From contig OX597816.1 in assembly GCA_951406725.2 (NCBI GenBank), forward strand, positions 140,492,001 to 140,556,000: 64,000 nt of DNA, read 5' to 3'. Shown piece by piece: positions 1-11,300 of the stretch. This DNA comes from Octopus vulgaris. Its lineage: Eukaryota. The position numbers and the translations under genes are program-made. The stretch's first letter is position 1, and each line of letters begins with the position of its first letter. The notes beneath the pieces are model-generated. The model was not told where the DNA came from and ran no database searches. It was given only the letters and a program-made list of their open reading frames with translations.

Positions 1-880
1 GCAAACAGCTATGCTGCATGGCAGTGAAACATGAGCTATGACAACTGAGGACATGTGTAGGCTTGAGAGAAATGAAGCCAGTATGCTTCACTGGATGTGC
101 AATGTCAGTGTACATGTTTGACACAGTGTAAGTATCTTGAGAGAAAAGTTAGGCATAAGAGGAATCAGATATGGTGTGCAAGAAAGATGACTGCACTAGT
201 ATGGTCATGTGATGCATATTTACAAGGACAGATGTATAAAGAAGTGCTGATCTCTAACTGTGGAGGGAACCTGAGGTAGAGGTAGACCCAGGAAGACATG
301 AGACAATGTGGTGATGCATGATCTTCAAACTTTGAGCCTCACAGAGGCAATAACTAGTGACCAAGACCTTTGGTGATGTGCTGTGCTTGAGAGGACCCGT
401 CAAGCCAAGTGCACCCAAGCTAGTGGCACGTAGAGAACATCTTTTGAACACTGGGCTTCACAGAGGCAAAGTGGATGAGTTCCATTCAAGCATTGGGCCT
501 GATGGAGGCAAAATGGCTGAGTTTCTTTCGAGTGTTGGGCCTCATGGAGGCAAAGTAGCTGAGTTCTTTTTGAGTGCTGGGCCTCACGGAGACAATGACC
601 AAGACCTTTGGCATTCTGTTGTGCTTGAGAAGACCCAGCAAGCTGAGCAAAATCACAGTTTTGGCAGATATTGGTGTCATGCAAATTGGCAACTGTGCCG
701 GTGACACGTAAATGCACCCTAGTGTCAAGCAAATGGCATCTCGGAGTAGTTGGCATTAGGAAGGGCATTCAGCTGTAGAAAACCATGCCAAATCAAACTG
801 GAGTCTGGTGTGGTTTTCCAGCATGCCAGTCCAGTCAAACAATCCAACCCATTCCAGCATGGACAACAGACATTAAATGT
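1..880 (+). mobile_element. Degenerate RTE LINE 3' portion with 3'UTR tandem repeats (~40-bp units at ~450-610)
   Basis: 1-~400 is homologous to the [34 protein letters not shown] region of the 48.6-51 kb RTE; tail motif ttggcattaggaagggcattcagctgtag. Confidence 0.8.
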
Positions 881-1110
881 GTGTATGCCTTTGTGTTTGT
901 CCTCCACCACCGCTTGACAACCAGTGCTGGGGTGTTTACATTCCAATAACTTAGCAGTTCAGCAAAAGAGACTGATAGAATAAGTACCAGGCTTATAAAA
1001 AAAAATAAGTACCGGGATCAATTCATTTGAGTAGAAATTCTTCAAGGTGATGCCACAGCATGGCCACAGTCTAATGACTGAAACAAGTAAAAGATGAAAG
1101 ATAAAAGAGA
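880..1110 (+). mobile_element. 3' half of tRNA/CORE-type SINE (family A)
   Basis: Shares ccaccaccgcttgacaacc..aacttagcagttc..agcatggccacagtc..gaaacaagtaaaag with copies at 35788, 44310, 54600 and 62200. Confidence 0.8.
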
Positions 1111-1483
1111 TACGTGTAATAGAAGCACTGTGAGCTGGCATTATGACATAGGAATGAGAACCACAAATATCATCCTCTATGTTATCCTACAGCACAACAC
1201 TGTCTCCTCAATTTTTAATTACAACCCAACTATTGCCAACAAAGAAACTAAGTCTAACAGCCAAATCACTATGCAAGCCATAGATCTATTCCATTGTCTC
1301 GACCATGGTCGAACAATGATGATGATGATAGATCTATTTCATCAGAACTGGCCTGAAACTCTTTGTTAAAGACACTTATTCTCTTCAATGCAATGATCCC
1401 AGTCAACTGATAAATCCAGTATATTCATTGCAGAAAATTAAGAAATACAGAATATGCAGATGTAAATTACAAATTATCATGAA

Positions 1484-1800
1484 CATCATCATCAACATTT
1501 AATGTCCATTTTTCATGCTGGCAGAGATTGGACAGGAATTGGCAAGGCCAGGGGCCACACCAAGTTCAATAATCTGTTTTGACTTGGTTTCTGTAGCTGG
1601 ATGCCCTTCCTAATGCCAACCACTCTACAAAGTGTACTTGATGCTTTTTATGTGGCATCATCACCAGTACTTTTTATGTGGTACCAGCACCAGTGCTTTT
1701 ATGTAACACCCATACCAGTCCTTTTTCCATGTCACCAGCACCAGTGCTTTTTATGTGGAACCGGTGCCAGCATCCACATCAATGCTTTTTATGTAGCACC
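1484..1800 (-). mobile_element. Truncated RTE 3' tail with ~25-bp internal tandem repeats
   Basis: (cat)n..tttaatgtcc..catgctgg..gctggatgcccttcctaatgccaaccact, then repeated tttttatgtggcaccagcaccagtgc-like units. Confidence 0.75.
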
Positions 1801-1893
1801 TTCATCTTAGGATCTCAATTCTATTATGATAATGTATATATGATGGGTATAATGGAGAGAGGGGAGAAGTATTCTAAAATCTTGGTTAACATA

Positions 1894-2094
1894 CGAGGGG
1901 TTGTTGGAAAGTTCCTGGCTTTAAGGGCATTGCAAAAAGCCTGATTGGAGGCCAAACCTTCTGAGTTCTTTTACAGGGCTTAGAAAAATGAATGACCACT
2001 GGGATAAGTGTGTGAATCTGAAAAGGGAATATGTTTAATAAAATGATAATTAACTGATCCTCCTGTATTTTCATTTACCCAAAGCCAGGAACTT
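1894..2094. mobile_element. Mariner-type MITE, right end truncated by a SINE head at ~2101-2195
   Basis: TA+cgaggggttgttggaaagttcctggcttt TIR, partial inverted aaagccaggaactt; inverted homologue at 55822-56034. Confidence 0.75.
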
Positions 2095-2214
2095 GTAGTT
2101 GTGGACATGGCTGTGTGGTAAGAAGTTTGCTTCTCAACCACATGGTTCCAGGTTCAGTACCACTGTGTGGTACTTTGGGTGAGTGTCTTCTATATATATA
2201 TAATCTGTACTCAC

Positions 2215-2345
2215 CTTTTGTGGATTAATCTCTCGCCGAAACAGCTGCAGTAAGACATCATCATCTGTTACCAGAGTACACTGAGCTTTCTTGTCTTTAG
2301 GGGCACCATGGTATATACCTCCTCCACTAGGTGTCAGGTCTAATG
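2215..2345 (-). CDS. HSD17B4: HSD17B4 exon 22 ([44 protein letters not shown])
   Basis: tttcag acceptor, gtgagt donor; 131 nt; no stop, so a further exon is expected beyond position 1. Confidence 0.94.
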
Positions 2346-5300
2346 CTGAAATGATAAAGCGTGATGGCAATGATTTGAGTATCTTCATAGTATTGGTTAT
2401 AATATTGATTTCAAATTTTAGCACAAAGCCAGCAGTTTGTGGGGAGGGATTAAATTGGTTAAATCAATCCCAATACTCAACCGATACTTATTTTATTGAC
2501 CTCAAAAGGATGAAAGGCAAAGTCAACCCTGGTAAAATTTGAACTCACAATATAAAGATGGCCAAAATACCACTAAGTATTTCACTTGGCATGCTAACAA
2601 TTCTGTCAGCTTGCTGCTTTAAGACGGACAAAACACTGTATTCCCAGTGTTTTATAAGTCTTGGAGGTATGTGTCTGTGTCTGAGAATAGGATTGACTTC
2701 CTCATCTGGACATCAGGTCAGAATCAGTCTTGGTTTTCCACTTTTCTTTCAGGAATTATTGAGGCACTTAAACTAAATGCAAACAGGCTGAGGTCAGGCC
2801 ACATCAGAATAGTAACTAACCAATATTAGATGAGTTTATTTTAAATCTCTTATATGCCCAACATATCAGATATCCAAAAACACAAGATATAGACTATCTT
2901 ATGTTGCACTGTCCAGCCACTTTGGCCCCAGTGGGAATATGGAATAATCCACAAAGTTGGTAATGTATATATCAGTTGGATTTGGAGATGTGAAAGAGAC
3001 CAAACAAAACACATACAGCATTATTGTGAATTTAGTAGGGTACTTTCAGTAGTATTGATATTGTATTAGAGAAAGTACTGATAATAATATTTGTGGCATT
3101 ACTGATATAGTGTAAGGAGCATTTGTATGGTATTGGAAACAGTATTGTGACAATGATGATAATACAATATAGGTGACAATAGTCGCAAACAGAAGCTGTG
3201 TTAGTAAATGTATTACGCCATTTCATTACAAATGCATGCTTAGTGCAGTTGATGTTGTCATTTAGTCCCAAGTCAGCCTTTATCATGCTAGGTTTTTTTC
3301 TCTTCACTATAAGGAGTTACATAAGTCAGTGAAGGAGCTCTTATGTAGTCCTGAAAATTGTTGAATGTAAGAACAAAACTTTACTCAATTAACTTCCTTC
3401 TCCCTTTAAGATAGGGAATACACAAACCAATGAGGCTCATAAGATCCCTACTTAAGTTAATTATTCTGCTCAAAGAACCAACCAATCACATTACAACACA
3501 TACTAACCAATTTTGTTATAACACACCGACCATCCATATCATAGCATTCCCCAGTCATATCACCACACAACACACAGCCAACAGTCATGACACAACACAC
3601 ACACACACCAAGCACATCACAGCAAACTGTCACAACACTAACATAAACAAACATGTCATGACAGAAATCAGCTGTCTATGTCATAACAACGTAAACCAGT
3701 CTGATCTGTTACAACACAATACAAAGAGACGACTTACTCCACTGTGATACAGGTTCATTGCCATTTTTTGTAATATTCCAAAGAAAAACAGCATTGATCT
3801 TGGTCATTATTTGAGGCTTGTTTTGTAAATGGATTGCTAGCTCTTTGAACAGATTGTCACTCTTCAAATTGGTTACATTAATCTGGCAGAGATTAAACAA
3901 AAAAGGAAATTGTCTTTCAACAGGTATAGCAATTAAAAGATTTAGAAAATAACAAATTAAAACAGAATTGCATGTAAGTTTGTATGAGTGTATATCAGAG
4001 TTATGCCATCTGGGTTGGCAAAATAAGCATGCTTACAAAGACTACAATTGTAAATATTAATCAATTAAAAAGTATAAAAAGTATGACCATGTCATATGTG
4101 TATGTACACATGCATGTGAATACACAAGTACAAAACAAGGTAGAGAAAATAGTACTCAAATACCAAAGGCAGAGTAAAATACAGTATACTATTAAAACTG
4201 AAAAAACTTCACAAATGTTATTTAGAGATCATCAGTTAGAAGTGAATGGTGGATAAAATTCAAAGAACAAAGGAACAAGCAGAGGGCAGGTAGGTCCATC
4301 CATCTGTACTTACATGTATACATATAAGTATGGATGGATGGACCTACCTGCCCTCTGCTTGTTCCTTTGTTCTTTGAATTTTACCCACAATTCATTTCTG
4401 TCTAGTGATCAGTGTACCAACCAAAAAATGTGCAATTACCTCTCCTGTCTCAAATAATAACAATCACCAATTACCTCCCCTTAGATTTTTCCCCATGCTG
4501 GTTCATTTAGAAAAAAACTCTCATACAAGCAACATGGACTAAAAACTCCATAAGATAACACAAAATTGCAATATTTTCACTAATTTCAATGTCATGATTA
4601 CCAAAACATGAAACTAATAGAATATCATAATATTCTATCCTTTAAAATATATCAAAAATATATAAATTGTGTGCATTTTCCTTCTTTAATTATATATAAA
4701 TGTAAGTTCATAAGTATTATATGCCATAGCAAGAAGAAGCTGCTCTTTTGAGATTGACTCTTCATCTATGAAAGCAAAAGATAATTTTTTTCTCATTTTT
4801 GCCTGATAGAAATTATTTCTTTTTATCAAACAAAAGTCAGTCTCAAACAGGAGTTGGCTCTTCTCTCCTAAAGCATACAAACTTATCTAAGCTCATGGAC
4901 TTTTTGCCAATCCAGACCACAATTTTATATTGAAAGCTGAACATAGAGAATCTGTTTCCTAAAAACCCAAAACCTTTACATCAATGGTCTCTATCACCTC
5001 TGTCCCATACAACAAGTGCTGCAAACATCTAAGTATTGACAAAGATATATCACACAAAGGTTCTATGAACAAAGATTGAGTCACTAAACAACATCATGCC
5101 AGACTTGTAAGTCAGAAATTTCCTCATACAAGATAATGTCCCACAAAGTATTTGGATAAATTGTACTGATACCAACATCTGAGATATTTGAATGATCTAT
5201 TAAGAAAATCCACTCCATAGATATTAAAATCTGCCAAAGAGAAGCTTCCACAGAAACAGTGATATTAGCAGGCTCTAACTCAGAAGAAAAGAGGGAGGAA

Positions 5301-8300
5301 GAGTTTTAAGATCTGTCCAGACAGCCTACAAGTATTGTATGGTATCAGACAGAATCTGCTAAACAACAACAGAAATAAATACTGTATTTGATGCCATAAA
5401 AGATGAATGGGGATATCAACCCTTAAGCATTCAGATTATTCTGTCAAGTGTAATGCTTATTTATTCACACTGTTTTGTGTTAATCATACATTATCTTGTA
5501 GCTCTGAGATTTTGATAATGTAATTGTATATTTTTAGAATGATATTGTAGGGTAGATGTAAGAGGCCAGATCTGGCCAGTCTAAACATTAAACAGGTAAA
5601 ATATTTGGGCTTGATATGGCCGGTTTGAATGCTAAAGAGTTAAATACAACCCAATTTCAACAGTGCATATTCATAAAAAAATTTTAGTGCATTAAAGCTT
5701 ATGAGAAACTCAAATTTGAATATGAAACCTGGAGTGATTTTTTTTGAGAGCTTAAAAGCAAAGATAACATTCTCTGGGTCAAGAATAAATGCCTCAAGAA
5801 CTCTTCACTTCCATATGACATATATGATCCTGAAATTGCTGAACTACAGTACCTAAACAAAGACCTAGAAGAGAGACATAACCAAAAAGATTATGCATGG
5901 ATATGCATCCCATAAACTTAAGGATGATGATAACATTAACATGAATTGTAGTCTCTTTGATTCATGAACATTAAAATCACATTCAGATGTTATGCTTTTA
6001 CAATCCAGGAGCTTGAGATAACTACAAAATACTTAGTGAATAAGAGACTATGAAGTTCTTAAATCCACCTGGATATTACCCAAAATGTTACTTGTCCCAT
6101 TTCTGTAGAATATATTACACATAGAGCTTGAAAAGCTGAGGTTAATGCTAGTGATTAATGCAGTAAGGCTGAGGCTGTCAGCCGGTGCATGGAGTATTAT
6201 ATGCCTCAATCATGCAGAAACGAAAGTGTGGCATGCTGGCGTGTTGTGAAAGACAAACAAGTTTCTCTATGCATGCGTGACCAACCTAGGGTCTTACAGA
6301 GATGAATTGTGTCTACAAGGGCGCATTGAGCGTGGAAAACAAGCAAGGAAGGCATGTGTGGTGCATGAATGTGACAGAGATAGCATTTGTGTGTGTGTAA
6401 CAATGTGTGCCGATGCGTGTGCAAGGCCAGGCTGTCAGGAAAGGTGCATGTGTGTGTGTATGCCACAATGCAAACATTTTCAAAGTGAATGTGCAGTGCA
6501 AACAGAACAATAAAAAAAGCGAAAAATAGCTAACTAAACTGAAAATAGTGTCCTTTGTTAAAAGTCCACTGCTGAAAATGAAAAAAAAATGTGCATGCAA
6601 AGAAAAAGATTTGTGTAAGTCTATGTGAAAGTCTTATGTATGTGAAAAAGTTCATAGACAATGCAGGGTTTGTACGTCAGGACGAGACGAAAAGCATGTG
6701 TGCTGAAAAGGTTGCACGTGCGGGCTTCCATATCTTCTTCCAGTTAGTTTCTGGGCCTGTAGGTGAATACCTTGTTCGTCAGCTGTGTTGCATTGTTGTG
6801 AAGTGCATCGTAGACTGCATTGCAATATAGTGCTTTTTGCAGTAGGTCGATGGAGGATGCATCTTGGTGGTGACGGATTCTTTTTCTTTGGTTTAGCGAC
6901 TGTAGATATTCTAGTTCTTTAGTTCGAATCAGTAAAAATGCAACGGCATGTAGCATCGGGAGGTATCAATTCTCTTTACACGGGCTCACCAAGTTGTAAG
7001 CGATGAAGTTTAATTTTTGTAGCTTGTTATGGTGCAACGTTGGGGTTGCCAGTTTGTAACGGTTTGTAATGCAATTTCAGAAGGCATAGATTCTCTTTTT
7101 ACAAAGTCACCGATTGTAACGGCAAAAATTGTTGAAGTTGAGGGTCACCAATTATAACGGCCGATATTGATTTGTCGTGGTCAGCTGGTGTGACGATAAG
7201 TTGTTGTTATTATTGCATGTTGTAGAATGTGAAAGATGAACAATGCATGAAATTTTAAGGAAATATTTATTTACCGTTACGTTACAAATACCTTGCCTCA
7301 ACAGGTAGGTTGATAAATCCAAAAGCATGCGAAAGTAAAGTTTGCGTTTGTATCCTTTTCATTGTTTAGTAGTAATTGCTGAGACAGATAGAATGATGTT
7401 GTAGGAGAACGGAATTAGAGCTAGAGAGAAGTGTTGGGTGTTGTCTGTCAGTAAACTTCATTTCTCCCGCTGACTAAGGCTGGTCAGCCAGACCTCGTTG
7501 AGTTGTCACGACTGTGATGAACTTGGTTGAGTCATCATCACCGGCTGGTGACTAAACCGAATTTTGCTTGGGGTGTGCTTGCTTACATAAAGATCCAGAA
7601 GGATAGATATATCATTGAGAACAATAGATTTAATTGGAGGTCTTGTTATCTATTCTAGCTTTTGGTGAAGTAGAAGAAGTTAGAAAGGGTCAAGTAGTGA
7701 AGACATTATTTCGGCCTAGCTAAAGGCATCTGGGAAATGTAAAACTGCAGTCAGAGAAAAACCATTGTTCCACCATGGGAAAAGTTCTGTAGCAGTGTTG
7801 ATTTAAATTTGGCTATGGTGGATCGAATCTACTTTATGCATGCAAGATTCACTACACACTCCCTCTGCCAGTGAGATTCCTGGTAAGGAAATGACCGATC
7901 AAAGGAGACAAAGAAATGCATGGTAAATGTGAAATTTGGCATATCAGGCGAGAGGATCGTTGAAGTGTATACAGGACAGATTTCTATTCCGATTAGTTCG
8001 AATAGCAGTGTTGCTTTGCATGCCAAAATGTGTGCAGTCAGTGACTGGGCAGTACAGCAAATGAGCATGTGTGTGCACGTGAGGGTGTATACAGGAGTGC
8101 AGGGGCACGTTTCGAAATTGAATGTAAAATAAGCTCAGGTAAGCGAGTGAGTGATATGAAAGATCTTCCTGCAGGGTTGCAGTGTGTGAAATGCCTTGAA
8201 GGTGAAATGCCCTAAGTGAAATGCATCTGGTGCTGTTGTCGTGGTTAATTGCTGAGTTAGCAGGACGACAGTGTAGCATGCTGGAGTTGTGCGCGAGACA

Positions 8301-11300
8301 GATAATTTTCTCTGTTAATTACGTGACCAAACAGGGGTCTAACAGGGGAATATTATGTCTAACATGAGCACAGAGCATGAGATCATCCGACGTGCTTCAA
8401 GTCGGGAGAATCAATATAACAACAAAAATAAAGAAAAGAAATAACATCACTTACCTGTTGTTTTTCAGTAGTTACTCCTGTTTCAGGAAAAGAGTGGACA
8501 TTTATAAAACCCCCAGTAATACACATTTGCCCAGTTTCCACAATCTGAAATAGTCAAATAATAAAATATTAAATTTCAGGTTGTAAACAGACAGTAAAAA
8601 AGACAAAAACAGAAGATGGACATCATTTATTAAAAAGAGGTTATGATTTTCAAGACATCAGATCATTTGAGAAGCATCTCTCCCCTTAGATGGTTAGTGC
8701 ATTGTAGATTTTATTCGTGAGGGTGTATGGTCTGAGCACTGTAAATTTGTTTTATCACCTGATTTTGTAGTTAATAGTTCTTCTACTTAACCTGATATCA
8801 CTGTAGTTCTTTGTGTATAATTAAACCTTCTGGAAGAACTCACCGAGCATTGGAAATGAACACCAGAATCAACTTTCCACATTTCTGTTCGCAGAGTTTG
8901 CCCTGGTAAAAATGGTTTAGAAAACCGTGACTGAAAGAAAAAATAGAACTATGTAATATAAATTTGAAAGAGATGGGTGGCAGATTATTTTAAAAGAAAG
9001 AGTATGTTAGGATTTTTATGGTAATGTAGAATGACAAAACAGAAATGTGATTAGCTTATGGAATACATGGGCAGATATATTACCACAAAAAATAGTTGAA
9101 CACAGTTGCTAATATTGGACAAAATTAGTGTGGGACAAATAGAGTGCTACTAAGCTACATTTCAACAAATTACAGTGGGGCAAATGTTACGATATTTAAA
9201 GACAGCTACAGAGGGACATAGGTAATGCTACAAAGCTGCATTTGGACACACTTACAGTGGAGAAGAATGCTGTGTGTCTCATGGTTTAGGCTATTTTAAA
9301 TGTTCAGTCGCAGGAAGAAGAGCAGCATTCATGATATTTGTAGGATCATCTAGAGCAAAGGTTCTCAATGGGGGCCATTTGGAGCGGGGGCAGGGTGCGT
9401 TTTGAAGCAAAGGGGCACTAGGGGTGAGTGTTGAAATTAGTGTGTAGAAGCCATATTTTCACATCTCTGCAACAGTCAGTTTTAAAAAACTGTCTTTTTG
9501 TTTCAAATTTTCAGAAACTTGAAAAACACTCTTTCCACTGCAAATTCCTGGTACCAAGTGTAACCTAAGCAAATTCCTGCTACCATGTGCAACAGGTGTA
9601 GCTCAAGTGAAACCCCCAAAACAAAGAGATGAATAGTGACAGACGACTAAAAGACAAAAAAATGAATAAAAGCGAAAGGCTGAAATGTGTGTGTTTATGT
9701 GCAAATAAATAAAGAATGACAATCAAAATTTTGGAACAATTTTAGCTTTTGGGAATAGCTGATAGGTATGTATCTGTGTATGTGTGTGTATGTATGGGTA
9801 TGTTTGCATATATATGATTGTGTGTGTTGCCATTTTGAATTCCTTTCTGCAATTGAACTTAAATTGAGCCCTGGCTATTAAAACCCAACCACACACACAC
9901 TCGTTTGTTTTAGGTTTTGTACCCATTTGAACTGTGACCATACACTAGATAACATGGTAAGTCTTATGCTCTGAAATCGAAATTCTGAAATTGTTTCAAA
10001 TTATAAAATTACACCTCAACTGAAGACACATCTTTTGGCTTTTGGTAAACAGAACCCTTTCTTTCCCTTTCTATATTTTTGTTAAGTTAGGATTTCTCTG
10101 TTTTGGTCTGGATTTTCCAATTTCCTGTATCAAGCAATGGACGGAAGCATTTAGAAAAAATCAGTTTCATAGAACCAAACAAAATCAAAAAAGTTAATTT
10201 TAATCATAGTAATGGAGAGAAGTAAGCATTCTCCCTTTCCTTAATACTAACAAGAGCATAGTATGATGGAGATTAGCCTGTTATTTCTAACAAAGTGAAC
10301 AACCACACAGAGAGTACCACATTGGCTCATTTGTTAATGTGTATAAGTAAACAAAAACTGAAGGAAAAACAGACACTAGCAAACACACACACACACACAC
10401 ACACACAATTTAAATAATCAGAAAATGGACAAAACTTTTGATCAACAAACAAACAAATTGAACCACATCGGTTGATTATTATTTAATATAAAACATGACA
10501 TAGCATTTCTTAAGGTAATTTCTACTTCAAGTGTTAGTCGGTGCTTATGAAAGAAATTCTGAAAATAATATTTGTCATCCCCATAGCACATTCGATCTAG
10601 TACATGGAGCTTCATCAGAGTGAATACAAAAGTGTATAATAAAATGAACGAAGGGAAGAGGAAAGAACAGGACCTCGGGAAGAGGAAAGAACAGGACCTC
10701 GAGAAGAGGCCAGAAGGCTCAATATATTAAAATCATAACATCTTACAGTGTGTAGCTTGAAGTCCATAGGCAAAAGAGTGAACTAGCAGTGGCCTAAGGA
10801 AATATTCACAGAACCAGGGTGTTTAAGTAGTAGTGAAATGAAGTTAGTAATAAAATAAGACAAAAATTACTCATATGTCTAAAAAAAGAATAGTACTTAT
10901 GATATCGTAAATAGGGCTAGTTAATATTTATCCAAAACCATAGGGTTCTTATAATGGTGTACTTACTGAAATATTGTAAAGACCACCACCTGTTGTCTGC
11001 AATGGAATTGACCAAAGTCTATCCATCTCTATAATTGGTTAACTGTATTTGAACCAGGGGTAAAAGTTAAGACCATTGCAGGGATATGTAAATAAAAAAG
11101 AAAACAAACTAGTAAATAAAGGGTGTGGGGAGAAAAGACTGTAATATAAGTGGCCCAAGGCTGCTTATGGCCTTCTGCAACTTCTGAACCTAACATAAAT
11201 AAGAATAAAATAAATATTATTATCAATCAAACTGCAGTAATTTTTTATAGTTGAAGGGAGGCAACTTGATGCATGCTAATGGAATAACCAACAACAAAAA

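Noticed and set aside
357-768. 115-122 aa ORFs with internal repeats
   Set aside because: ~40-bp tandem repeats in a decayed RTE tail
2101-2195. tRNA gene candidates (also 32177, 35788, 42277)
   Set aside because: A/B boxes are present, but there is no cloverleaf and each runs into a SINE body
1-2214. Terminal HSD17B4 exon with PTS1
   Set aside because: No AF..G.LK..GN.ML..KL-like coding segment found; the region is mostly repeats
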